Shown here: positions 8,174 through 18,000 of the stretch, in pieces
How the letters are laid out: every line of letters begins with the position of its first letter
Position numbering within the stretch: the stretch's first letter is position 1
Assembly (NCBI RefSeq): GCF_001017655.1
Contig: NZ_CP010904.1
Coordinates: forward strand, 330,001 to 362,000
Direction: 5' to 3'
Length of the DNA: 32,000 nt
DNA from: Kiritimatiella glycovorans
Lineage (GTDB): Bacteria; Verrucomicrobiota; Kiritimatiellia; Kiritimatiellales; Kiritimatiellaceae
Notes under the pieces: generated by a model
What the model was told of the DNA's origin: nothing
The model's database searches: none
Seen by the model: only the letters and a program-made list of their open reading frames with translations
Translations under genes and position numbers: made by a program

Positions 8174-8880
8174 TGAACGCGCCGGATAAAACACCGAAGA
8201 ACTGGGCCGCGGTTTTCGATGTGGACGGCACCATGGTCGACAACGCCGCCTATCACGAGGCGGCGTGGATCGAGCTGGGCCGCCGCCACGGGGTGCCGAT
8301 TACGGCGGAGTACTATCGTCATCACATGCACTCGCGCAGCAACGAGGTCCTCGTGCCGCAGCTCTTTCCCGAACGCACCTCCCGCGAGGCGATCGACGCC
8401 GTGGTCGAGGAGAAGGAGGCGCTCTATCGCGAACTCTACCGGCCGCATGTCGCGCCGCTGCCCGGATTGCTCGACCTGATCGCCGATCTCGCGCGGGAGG
8501 ATGTTCCCGTAATGGCGGTCACCAATTCACCGCCCGCCAACGCGGCGTTTGTGTTGCAGGCGCTGGAGATCGAGGAGACCTTCCGGGGCTGCCTCGACTA
8601 TACCCGGGTGCCCGAAGGTAAACCGGCCCCCGATCTCTATCTCGAGGCGGCGCGGCGGCTCGAACTTCCTCCCGGGCAGTGCGTGGCGTTCGAGGATTCC
8701 GTATCCGGATTCCGCAGCGCCGAAGCGGCCGGAGTGCCCTATGTCGCCGTCACCGGTGCCGCGAACCCTCACGAGCTGGTCCACGCGCAGGGCGCCCTGG
8801 CGCACATCGAGGATTTTCGCGGCGTCACCACGGAGTGGATCCGGCGTCGGGCCTTCGGTCTCTTTGATCCGACCGACTAA
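8173..8880 (+). CDS. HAD-superfamily hydrolase (beta-phosphoglucomutase-like subfamily)
   Basis: I start it at ATG 8173, overlapping the lnt stop (TAATG), rather than at the track start 8092. HAD motifs are present: FDVDGTMVDN (motif I), VTNS (II), K...EDSVSGFRSAEAAG (III/IV). Confidence 0.85.
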   Translation: MNAPDKTPKNWAAVFDVDGTMVDNAAYHEAAWIELGRRHGVPITAEYYRHHMHSRSNEVLVPQLFPERTSREAIDAVVEEKEALYRELYRPHVAPLPGLLDLIADLAREDVPVMAVTNSPPANAAFVLQALEIEETFRGCLDYTRVPEGKPAPDLYLEAARRLELPPGQCVAFEDSVSGFRSAEAAGVPYVAVTGAANPHELVHAQGALAHIEDFRGVTTEWIRRRAFGLFDPTD

Positions 8881-9073
8881 AGGCAGTGCGACGTCAGGGT
8901 CGGCGGCCGTCCGCCTCAAAAAAACCAGGGCTCCTGTCCTCGTGCGCTGTACGAAGACGTCAACCTATGACACCTTGTGAGAGGCCGGGCCGTTTCAAGG
9001 CACAAAAGGGACGCCGGCGACAAAGGCCTGATGTCCCTTTGGCCCCTTGAGTCCCTTTTCTGGAGGTGGCTAC

Positions 9074-9637
9074 ATGAACGAGCACTTCATTCCCTCGCAT
9101 GGCGGCTACAAAGATCTCCTGACCTTCCAGAAGTCCGAAATTGTCTATGACGCCACCGTCAAGTTCTGCGCAGTGTACTTCGACCGCCGCGACCGCACCA
9201 TCGATCAGATGGTGCAGGCCGCCCGCTCGGGAAAGCAGAATATCGTCGAAGCCAGTATGGCCTCCGGAACCTCGAAGGAAATGGAGGTGAAGCTGACCAA
9301 TGTGGCGCGGGCAAGCCTCGAAGAACTGCTGACCGATTATCGCGATTTTCTGCGGACACGTGGACTTGAGGAGTGGCCGAAAGACCACCCTTATGTGAAG
9401 CGGTTGCAGGAGTTGAACCGGACCCCCGGGGCCGACTACGAGACCTTTCGGAGGGCGGTTGAACATGCCGATCCCGCCATTCGCGCCAATGCCATCATGG
9501 GGCTCATCAAGGTCACGAGTTATCTGTTGGGTCGCCAGATCCAGCGCCTTGAACAGGACTTCATTAAAGAGGGCGGCCTGCGTGAGCGCATGACCCGCGT
9601 CCGGCTGGCCTCCCGGTCAGGTAGGCGGAGCCCATGA
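9074..9637 (+). CDS. four-helix-bundle protein with suffix domain (23S rRNA IVS protein / Avd family)
   Basis: I start it at ATG 9074, with GGAGG 7 nt upstream. The stretch YKDLLTFQKSEIVYDATVKFC...RTIDQMVQAARSGKQNIVEAS...SKEMEVKLTNVARASLEELLTDYRDFLR matches my memory of the four-helix-bundle-plus-suffix family. Confidence 0.8.
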   Translation: MNEHFIPSHGGYKDLLTFQKSEIVYDATVKFCAVYFDRRDRTIDQMVQAARSGKQNIVEASMASGTSKEMEVKLTNVARASLEELLTDYRDFLRTRGLEEWPKDHPYVKRLQELNRTPGADYETFRRAVEHADPAIRANAIMGLIKVTSYLLGRQIQRLEQDFIKEGGLRERMTRVRLASRSGRRSP

Positions 9638-9731
9638 ACCTCAAGCCCCATCGGGAATGCCCGCCAACCGGCGCCGCGTGGCGGGGGAATAGGCCCGGGG
9701 GATCGCGTCGACGTCGATCCGGATTCAGGAT

Positions 9732-12302
9732 TCAGGGTTGAACCACACGGACGTCGTCGACGAACACGGTCGAATCGCCCGCCCCGTCGATGCCCCGAAC
9801 GATCAGTTCGTAGACGCCGGGGGCGGGAAGATCGAACTCGGCCTCAAAGGATTCGTAGCCCCCGCTCGCACCGGGCTGGAAGGTCCCTCCATTCAGGGCC
9901 CCAAGCAACACGGAGACCTGCTGGGTCGGATCGCCGTGATTCGTGCGCTGGGCGGCGTACAGGGAAACGGTACAGGTTCCCGCTTCGAGAAGAACGTACT
10001 GCGAGGCCTCACTCGTGTTCTGCAGGAACAGGACCTGGTCGCCCTGCGGAGGATCGGGGTTGCCCGAGGTGAAGGCCGTGTTTTTTTCGGAATACCCCGC
10101 CCCGCCGCTGAAATGCCACGGTACGCCGGAAGGCCCGTATTCGAACCGGTTGCCGTCGGGGTCGGGGAAGTCCGCCTCGAATCCTCCGTCCTGAAGGTCG
10201 CCGATCCCATCCGGACCCTCGTAACGCACGAGATCATCGCTGATCCCGAATCGGTCGCCGTAGAGGTTGTCCTTCGGGAATACCGTCCCGGGCGCGTCGT
10301 CCTTTACCGCGGTGCCCTCCATCGCGAACTGGTTGCCGAGGATACTCACGTACTCGAAGTCGGGACGGACGCGAACGCCGATGCGGTTGGTGTTCGCGGG
10401 ACCCGCGAAGAAGTTGTGATCGATGATCGCCGTGGATCCGTATTCGAGATGGATGTCGGTCGGACGAAACGCCCGCGCCGTCCCCGTGCCGAGGTAGGCG
10501 CTGCCCTGCGCGTCGGCGCAGTGAAAGACGTTGTGACTGAAGAAGAGCTGGCGCATGCCGTTGACGTAGATCCCGTAATCGCGCGTGAGGAAGTCGTTAT
10601 TGTTTATATGAAACGCCGGCTCTTCCCACCCGCCGTCCTCCACATCGGCAATGTCGATCAGGACGCCCGTCCGGCAGTGGGTCATCCGCGAGGCGCGCAC
10701 CTTGCCGTCTTCGGGATGCTTGTTGATCGCGGCGTAGACGATCCCGGTCTGCACCCCGTGAAAAGTCGAACTCTCCACCAGCGGGTTGTAGCAGTCGACC
10801 ATCTTCAACCCCGTCCCGCAGTCCCAGGTGTCGTTCGACGCATTCCCGTTTCCCCACACCATGATGTTTTCGAACTTCGGATACCAGCAGTGCACCGCCT
10901 GGAAGGCCGTATCGAAATAGGTTCCGTCGCCGGGTTCTTCCGGCCCGGCATGGACGTTGATCACGTTGAGGTTTCGGTTTTGCGTGACCCCCGTGTTCGG
11001 AATCCACATTTCAAACCCGTACGCAATGCCCGGGCGTCGGGCGACGATGGAAAAATCGCGCACCGTGAGCTGCATCCATGAAATCGAAGTGCCCTCGAAC
11101 TTCAATCCGCCGTCGGGGTTGTCGACCAGAAAGCGCGTGACGCCGGGTCCGGCGCCGCGGATCATCAGCCCGTATTGCGAGGTGTTGCCGGAGGCGGGCA
11201 CGATCAGCGGCTCGGCGAGCCGATAGGACCCGGGCGGAATCCAGATCGAGGCGTGGCGCAGGGTGCCGAGCCGGTCGAGCATATCACGAAAGGCGGGCAC
11301 GCAGTTTTGAACCCCGGAGGGATCGGCGCCGTAATAGATCGGATTGAATACCGACATGCGTGCGACGACACGCTGTTCGCCGGTGAGATGTGACGAGGTG
11401 AGATAGCGGTCCACCACGAACGAGGCCGATTCGGCGCCGTCGGGTTTGAAGGCGTGCATGACGAGCTGCGGGGGTTGGGCGGGATCGAATGCGAGGCCGT
11501 CGGCGTGAAAGATCCGGCGGCCGTCGACGAAGATCGAAGCCTCGCGCGACGCCCCGTCAAAAGAAAGCGTCACGAACCGGGGGTCGGCTCCGGCCAGCCG
11601 GTTCGAGGCCGTGAGGGTTCCGTTGACGAAGAATCGCGCGGTCCCGTCCCCTTCGAGTTCGAGCGCGACCGGCGCGGCCGGCCAGGCGTCCTCGCCGCCG
11701 TACGTGAGCCCGACGCCCCAGAAGGCACCCGCCGGTGGAGTGGGATCCCAGGGTTTGAGGATGGCGGTGAGGTCGATCCGCCGTGCGAACGCCATGTTCG
11801 TCAGGGGGCCGCCCTCGGAGACGAGCGTTGCCGAATTCGCATCCAGCCCCGCCAGATCAAAGATGAGATCGGCCCCCTCGACCCGCATCTCCGATCCCGT
11901 GTCGTCATCGTATTCCGTGTAGGGGTTCGCCGTGTAGCGGTTGACGTGATGACCCGCCTCGACGACGGCGCTGTCGGCACGAGAAAAATTGTCCACGGCC
12001 AGCAGATCGCCTCCCTGCATGACCCGGAGGAACATCGGCCGGGCCCCCGGGCCGACTGGGGCGAAGGAGCGCACCGTACGGTTGGTGTCCGCGTCCCCGA
12101 ACGCATAGCTGTACAGTTGCCAGCCCCCGGTCAGATCCGAGGAGTGATAAATCAGGTAGGGGGTGCTCGGCGTCGAATTCCAGTCGAGGACGAAGCGGGC
12201 GTCTTCCCAGTCTCCCCCCAGCCGCAGCGCGGCATCGGCGGCTGCCGCGCCCCAGAAAATCAGCGCCGCCGCGAACACCGCACGATGGAGCAAAGGTTTC
12301 AT
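9732..12302 (-). CDS. secreted multidomain right-handed beta-helix protein P1
   Basis: Domain order is a small N-terminal beta-module, a ConA/LamG-like region, a pectate-lyase-3-like beta-helix, and a C-terminal jelly-roll/CBM-like domain. I start it at ATG 12302 (MKPLLHRAVFAAALIFWGAAAADA, a signal peptide), 2 nt after the upstream stop (TGA-tc-ATG). The beta-helix entry motif is IYYGADPSGVQNCVPAFRDML....IWIPPGSYRL...LMIRGAGPGVTRFLV, and it is homologous to P2-P5. The C-terminal ~140 aa (GGFEADF...YELIVRG...VFVDDVRVV) looks like a carbohydrate-binding jelly roll. Confidence 0.75.
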   Translation of the reverse strand: MKPLLHRAVFAAALIFWGAAAADAALRLGGDWEDARFVLDWNSTPSTPYLIYHSSDLTGGWQLYSYAFGDADTNRTVRSFAPVGPGARPMFLRVMQGGDLLAVDNFSRADSAVVEAGHHVNRYTANPYTEYDDDTGSEMRVEGADLIFDLAGLDANSATLVSEGGPLTNMAFARRIDLTAILKPWDPTPPAGAFWGVGLTYGGEDAWPAAPVALELEGDGTARFFVNGTLTASNRLAGADPRFVTLSFDGASREASIFVDGRRIFHADGLAFDPAQPPQLVMHAFKPDGAESASFVVDRYLTSSHLTGEQRVVARMSVFNPIYYGADPSGVQNCVPAFRDMLDRLGTLRHASIWIPPGSYRLAEPLIVPASGNTSQYGLMIRGAGPGVTRFLVDNPDGGLKFEGTSISWMQLTVRDFSIVARRPGIAYGFEMWIPNTGVTQNRNLNVINVHAGPEEPGDGTYFDTAFQAVHCWYPKFENIMVWGNGNASNDTWDCGTGLKMVDCYNPLVESSTFHGVQTGIVYAAINKHPEDGKVRASRMTHCRTGVLIDIADVEDGGWEEPAFHINNNDFLTRDYGIYVNGMRQLFFSHNVFHCADAQGSAYLGTGTARAFRPTDIHLEYGSTAIIDHNFFAGPANTNRIGVRVRPDFEYVSILGNQFAMEGTAVKDDAPGTVFPKDNLYGDRFGISDDLVRYEGPDGIGDLQDGGFEADFPDPDGNRFEYGPSGVPWHFSGGAGYSEKNTAFTSGNPDPPQGDQVLFLQNTSEASQYVLLEAGTCTVSLYAAQRTNHGDPTQQVSVLLGALNGGTFQPGASGGYESFEAEFDLPAPGVYELIVRGIDGAGDSTVFVDDVRVVQP

Positions 12303-12304
12303 GA

Positions 12305-13588
12305 TCAGTTCAGATCGTCGGTGGTCATCGATCCGTCCCCGGCGTTGGTGTACCGGGTCAGCCACGCCCCGCCCCCGGTGAAGTCGTGCGTGCCCCCGAA
12401 CATGCTGTTGATGCAGGCGATGCCTTCGTCGCTTTCGTTGAAGACGGCCGTGCCCTCCATGTTGAAGTGGTTGCCGTCGATCAGCACATAGGCGCTGTTC
12501 GGCGAGATCGCAATGGCCCGGCGGTTCGGACTCGACGGTTCGACGAACTGACAGTGGTCGATGGTGATGTTGGAGGCGTATTCGAGATTCACATCGGTGG
12601 GATGGCCGGGGGCGGGGGTCGAACCGTCATCGAACCATTGGCTGCCGTCGCGCTCGCTGCAGTAAAAGAGGATGTGGCTCAGGTGCATCTGGCGCACGCC
12701 GACGGCGTGGACGCCGTACTCGTAGTAGTTGAAGTGGCAGTTGTCGACGTGGAACTGCGGTTTTTCCCAGCCGTCGCCGACGTTGACCCACTGCAGCTCG
12801 AGCGACCGGTTGCAGCCGACGAGATAGGTGTTGACGATCATCCCGCCACCGGCGCGGGACTCGCGGCGGCCGTGGTAGATGCCGGTCTGAACCTTGTTGA
12901 TGTGGCTGTCCTCGACCAGCGGGCCCACGCAGTCTTCGAGATGGATCCCGTAGACGGGGTAGATGGTCGGATCGGCGTATTCACCCTGCTTGCGGATATC
13001 GATATTGCAGAAACGCGGTTCCCAGGCGTTGACCACGCTGAATCCGCAGGTGAAATAGTTCGGCGAGGTGTGCTTAGGCGATGTGATATAGATGTTTTCG
13101 ACATTGAGCTGGCGGCAGAGCGGATTGCCCGCATCGCTCAGTTCGAAGGCAAAGGCCGCCGCAATCCCTGTGCGCTGCGCGACGAACGAGAGATCCCGCA
13201 GGTCCACATGGGCACGGGCCGCCGTGGTGCCGTCGACGTAGATCCCGCCCTCGTCATTATCGACGAGCAGTTCCGTCGCGTCCCGACCCCCGCCGCGGAT
13301 CATCAGCCCGTATTGCGAATCGTTGCCGTCGATGGTGAACACCACCCGGTGGTTCAGGCGGTACTGGCCCGGAGGGATAAAGACCTCGACGTGGCGGTTC
13401 GTCCCGAGGTCCGCGATCATCGCGTCGAACGCCGGCGCGGCGTCCTCGGTGCCGGAGGGATCCGCTCCGTAGTCGATCGGATTGTACACCCGGGCTTGTT
13501 CCAGAAACAGCGAGGCCTCCGGCTGAGCCGTCGCCGTTGCGACGCCGAGGGCCATCATCCCCAGCATGAACCTGATATAGGTTTTCAT
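12305..13588 (-). CDS. secreted right-handed beta-helix protein P2 (pectate-lyase-3-like)
   Basis: I start it at ATG 13588 (MKTYIRFMLGMMALGVATATAQP), preceded by GGAGGAG. The motifs are IDYGADPSGTEDAAPAFDAMI....VFIPPGQYRL...LMIRGGGRDATELLV. It is the closest paralog of the P1 beta-helix, sharing WEKPQFHVDNCHF / WEEPAFHINNNDF and PTD(V/I)(N/H)LEY. Confidence 0.75.
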   Translation of the reverse strand: MKTYIRFMLGMMALGVATATAQPEASLFLEQARVYNPIDYGADPSGTEDAAPAFDAMIADLGTNRHVEVFIPPGQYRLNHRVVFTIDGNDSQYGLMIRGGGRDATELLVDNDEGGIYVDGTTAARAHVDLRDLSFVAQRTGIAAAFAFELSDAGNPLCRQLNVENIYITSPKHTSPNYFTCGFSVVNAWEPRFCNIDIRKQGEYADPTIYPVYGIHLEDCVGPLVEDSHINKVQTGIYHGRRESRAGGGMIVNTYLVGCNRSLELQWVNVGDGWEKPQFHVDNCHFNYYEYGVHAVGVRQMHLSHILFYCSERDGSQWFDDGSTPAPGHPTDVNLEYASNITIDHCQFVEPSSPNRRAIAISPNSAYVLIDGNHFNMEGTAVFNESDEGIACINSMFGGTHDFTGGGAWLTRYTNAGDGSMTTDDLN

Positions 13589-13658
13589 TGCGCGTCTCCT
13601 CCGCATCCGCGTTGATCGGCGCCGACCGCAGTCTCGCGCAATGCGGAACCCCCGTCCA

Positions 13659-14798
13659 TCACCAGTTCAGCGAGTCGTCCATCAGCCGTTTTGCCGTGTC
13701 CTCATCCTCGGTCGCCGTAAGAATCAGCGTACCCTCCGTACCGAATTCCTTTACGAACGGTTCGACCTGTTCGATGGGGGCGCCGTGCAGAAAGGCGGAT
13801 TTACCGGAGGCGTAGACCTTCTTCCAGATTCGGTCCCACCACACCGGATCGCTGGTGCGCGGCTGCCCGGCGCCGGGTTCCCACTGCAGCGCATTCAGCT
13901 CGGGGATCGTCAACACCGAGTCGAGATGCCGGATCGCGTCCGGGCCGTCGAGGTGGTAGACGGCGTAGTCGAGCCGCTGACACTGACGCCGGATGTGCGG
14001 CAATACGAACTCATCGTACATGTCCGGCGAGATCATGGCCGAGAAATCACACTGCACCTTGGCGGTCCGCCCCGGTCCCCAGGCGTTGAACGCCATGTAG
14101 GGCACCGACCCGTCCTCGCGGCGGATGAGTTCGGCGAGCGGGTCGTAGGCCTCGAAGTAGAGGTCGTCGAGCTGGTCGAGCAAACGGTGGATATCGTCGG
14201 GACAGTCGAGCAGGTGCATCAGCAGCTCCTGCGTCCCGAACAGTTCCGCCAGCGTATCCAGCCCCTCGATCAGATCGGGCATGGTGACCACGTACCGCCC
14301 GGCGGCACGCTCGCGCAGGAATTCCAGCGCCTCGGCCGTCCACTTCCAGTACGCCCCGTTCCGGTCGAACTGAAGCTGTTCCACTTCCGCCGGGTCCTCG
14401 TAGATCTCGCGGTACCATGTCGTCGTATCCTGGAAATCCACCGGCGTACCGAGAAAGATGTTCAGACTGCCCGGTCCGAGATAGGCCGTGTTTTCCGGGT
14501 AAATGATCCCGTAATGCGCGTAGGCGGAAAAAAACGCCTCCTTGTGCGTGTGGTTCGTCCGGTAATCCAGCCATTTCTCCCGCGGATCGGCGGGGAAGGG
14601 CGGGGGCTCCTCAAACGGCAGCGGGTTCGCCCGCGGTGCGCGCACCCCGAGCGCCCACCGCCCGCGAATCTCATGATTCCACCAGCCCGTCAGCGATTCC
14701 TTCGCCGCCGCCCAGTCCTCTTTGAAATACAGCGTATCCATCCCGATCCCCATGTTGATACCACCCGCGAACCCATCCTTATCGAACGGACTGTCCAT
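13659..14798 (-). CDS. URO-D/MetE-like TIM-barrel superfamily protein, divergent (no His-x-Cys motif)
   Basis: 379 aa. The layout resembles uroporphyrinogen-decarboxylase-like proteins (VQCDFSAMISPDMYDEFVLPHIRRQ...VYHLDGPDAIRHLDSVLTIPELNALQWEPG). No SD precedes ATG 14798, so Met16 or Met20 are alternative starts. It is co-directional with P2 and P1, with a 70-nt gap. Confidence 0.55.
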   Translation of the reverse strand: MDSPFDKDGFAGGINMGIGMDTLYFKEDWAAAKESLTGWWNHEIRGRWALGVRAPRANPLPFEEPPPFPADPREKWLDYRTNHTHKEAFFSAYAHYGIIYPENTAYLGPGSLNIFLGTPVDFQDTTTWYREIYEDPAEVEQLQFDRNGAYWKWTAEALEFLRERAAGRYVVTMPDLIEGLDTLAELFGTQELLMHLLDCPDDIHRLLDQLDDLYFEAYDPLAELIRREDGSVPYMAFNAWGPGRTAKVQCDFSAMISPDMYDEFVLPHIRRQCQRLDYAVYHLDGPDAIRHLDSVLTIPELNALQWEPGAGQPRTSDPVWWDRIWKKVYASGKSAFLHGAPIEQVEPFVKEFGTEGTLILTATEDEDTAKRLMDDSLNW

Positions 14799-14963
14799 TA
14801 CCGGATATGTTTATAAGGGGCCAGAATAATTTGCCCGTCGTTGATGTCGGGACCGGGGCCTGCGGGGGAGGAACCGGGCATGCGGATTTAAAATCGCGAT
14901 CGGGTTCGGGAACGAGCTTCACCACAAATCGAAGAGAACACCCGGGTCGCGATGGAAAACGAC

Positions 14964-14998
14964 CACGGATGACACGAATGGCACGGATGTGTTTATAA
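14964..14998 (+). promoter_or_regulatory. direct repeats CACGGATG-N10-CACGGATG overlapping a possible TGACAC-18-TATAAA promoter for the GH106-like gene
   Basis: CACGGATG occurs at 14964-14971 and 14982-14989. A candidate -35 TGACAC lies at 14970-14975 and a candidate -10 TATAAA at 14993-14998. The 15-mer CGGATGTGTTTATAA (14984-14998) recurs as CGGATATGTTTATAA at 14802-14816. Confidence 0.3.
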
Positions 14999-15079
14999 AA
15001 TGCAAATCAGGGGTCATGCGGTGCATTTATTATTGGGGTGGTTTGGGGTACAGATTGAGGCCCTGAGCAGGAGGGCGCT

Positions 15080-18000
15080 ATGCGAAAAATCGGGTGCGGC
15101 GTGGTTTTGTCGGTTCTTGTAATGGCCGGTCTCGTCCGGGGCGCGGATCTCGAGGCCCGGTTTCAATCGCCGCCCGACGAGGCCCGGCCGTGGGTTTACT
15201 GGTTCTGGATGAACGGGAACGTCACGGAGGAGGGCATCACCGCCGACCTCGAGGCGATGCATGACGTCGGGATCGGCGGCGCGCTGATCATGGGGGTGGG
15301 GTTGCGCACGCCGCACGGACCCGCCGATTTCAATTCGCCGCTCTGGCGCGATCTTTACGCGCATGCCGCGGATGAGGCGCAACGGCTCGGGATGCATCTG
15401 ACGCTGCATCAGTGCGACGGGTGGGCGACGGCGGGCGGCAAATGGATCGATCCGGAACGCTCGATCAAGATGTTTGTGTCCACGACGAAAGAGGTCACGG
15501 GACCGGTCGATGCGCCGATCCAACTGGAGCATCCGGAGGTGCGTGAGAATTTCTACGAGGAGGTGGCGACGCTGGCCGTTCCCGTTTCGGCGGAGTCCGT
15601 GGCAAACCCGGTACGTGCCACCGCCCACGGTGAACCGGCCCCGGCCCTGATCGACGGCGATCCGATGACGGGCGTTCCGGTCGGGAGGTACGAGCTTGTG
15701 CTGGACGCCCCTCAAAGGATCCGGAGCGTTGTAATGCGCATGCCGAAGGCGCGGTTCCACCTGGGCCCCGATGTGCGGACCACCGTGGAAGTGTCCGTGG
15801 ACGGGCAGCGTTTCGGGCCGGTCGCGGAGTTTGTGATTAACGCGAGCCACCACCACGGGCCGCGCACGACGCTTACGGTTTCGTTTCCGGAACGGCGTGC
15901 GCGGTTTGTGCGGATCCGCCCGGAACGCACCATGCCGAACGAGATCGGCGAAATTGAGGTGAGCGCCGAACCGCGCGTCCATCTCTGGGAGGTCAAGGCC
16001 GGGTTCGCGCGGGAGCGTGAACACGGCGGGGAGACGGCGTGGATCGACGCCGCGCCGTTTCCCTCGTATGAACTCCCGGCCGGTCGGGTCGCCGATACGG
16101 ATGAGGTCCTCGATCTGACCGACCGGCTCGAAGAGGACGGCACGCTGAACTGGACCGTCCCCGAGGGGCGGTGGCGGATCGTCCGGTTCGGCATGACCAG
16201 CACCGGAAAACATGTCGCGCCCGGAACGCATGCGGGCCGGGGGCTGGAAGCGGACAAGATGAGCGGCGAGGCGATCCGTCACCACTTCAATGCCTTCGCA
16301 CGCGAAATGATCGAGGAACACAACACCGCGCCGGGCGAGCCGATCTACTCCGTGCATACGGACAGCTGGGAGTCGGGCCTCCACACCTGGAGTTCGCACT
16401 TCCGGGAGGAATTCGAGACCCGGCGCGGTTATGAGATGACGCCGTGGCTTCCGGTGCTGGCGACGGGAACCGTGATCGGCAGTCCGGAGGAGTCGGAGCG
16501 GTTTCTGTGGGATGTACGCCGGACGATGGCCGATCTGATCCGCGACAACTTTTACGGCCAGATGCGCGAGTTGTGTCATGCGAGCGGCGTGCAGTTTCAG
16601 AGCGAGGCCGCGGGGCGGCAGATGTTCATGTACGACCCGCTCGAATACGCCTCGAAAACCGATATCTACGTCGGTGAATTCTGGACGATGGATGCGGTCC
16701 GGGTCGACTGCCGTATCGCGGGTTCGGCCGCTCACACCTACAACCGTCCGCTGGCCGCCGCGGAGTCCTTTACCTCCGGCCACGGCGGGTTCGCCTACGA
16801 TATGTTCGACGTGAAGCCGCTCGGCGATCGCGCCTTCTGCGAGGGCATCAACCGCTACATCATTCACCGCTACTGCATGCAGCCGTTCAACAACGTGGAA
16901 CCGGGGATGACCTTCGGGCCGTACGGGATCAATTTCGAACGCACCCAGACGTGGTGGAACAACGGGGCGAAGGCCTGGTGCGACTATGTCCGCCGCTGCC
17001 AGGCGATGCTGCAGTCCGGCCGCTTCGTCGCGGATGTCATTCACTATATCGGTCACGACGCGCCGAATTTCCTCGGCCACCGCGAGGATCTGTGGAGTCC
17101 GGTGCCCGCCGGCTACGATTTCGACGGGTGCAATCTCGAGATCCTCAGGCAGCTGACCGTGGCGGAAGACGGGAACCTCGTGCTCCCCCACGGGATGCGC
17201 TACCGCGTGCTGCTGCTTCCGAATCGCGCACACATGACCCTGGAGGCCGTACGCGAAGTGGAACGGCTCGTCCGGGCGGGGGCGGTCGCCGTGGGACCGA
17301 AGCCGGTGCGTACGCCGGGGCTTCAGGACTACCGCCGGCGGGATGCCGCGTTGAGGGAGATCGCCGACCGCGTCTGGGGCGGGGTCGAGGGGGAAACCGT
17401 ACAGGAACACCGGTACGGCAGGGGGCGCGTGATCTTTGGCCCCTCGCTCGAAGAGGTGCTCAACGCGATGGCGCCGCCCGATTTCGACTATACGGTGAAG
17501 GACGCGGACACCACGGTGCATTACATCCACCGCCGCGAGGGGGATGCCGATTTCTATTTCGTCGCCAATGCCAATCGCGGGGCCGCGATCGACGCGGCGC
17601 TTCGTTTTCGCGTCTCCGGCCGCGCGCCGGAACTGTGGGATCCGGCCACGGGTACGATCACCCGTCCGGCCGTCTATCGCGAAGCCGGCGGCGTGACGGA
17701 GCTTCCGGTTCACCTCGACCCGGCGGGATCGGTGTTCGTCGTCTTTCGCCGACCGGCGCAGGCGGACCGGCTCGTCGCCGTGACGCGTGACGGGGCGTCC
17801 TGTTTTCCGTTCGAAGAGAGGCACGAAACCGAGACGCCTCTGGCTACGGACGCGAACAATGCCGACGTGACCGATACCTTCACGATGGCGGGCTGGGTTG
17901 AGCCCGAAAGCACCATCCCACTGCCCGACGAGTCGGCGCGCTCCATGGTGCTTTCGGGAATGAATTACGTGGTTTACGCCGCGCCCGGCCATGAGGTCTA

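Noticed and set aside
8881-8925. Hairpin GGCGGccgtCCGCC followed by an A-run as a terminator of the HAD gene
   Set aside because: The run after the stem is A-rich, not T-rich, on the + strand. On the - strand the T-run precedes the stem. Neither orientation is a canonical intrinsic terminator.
8881-12302. Diversity-generating retroelement suggested by the Avd-family four-helix-bundle gene next to the 3' end of P1
   Set aside because: No reverse transcriptase gene is present. I could find no template/variable repeat pair. The P1 C-terminus is jelly-roll-like rather than C-type-lectin-like, and the two genes are convergent.
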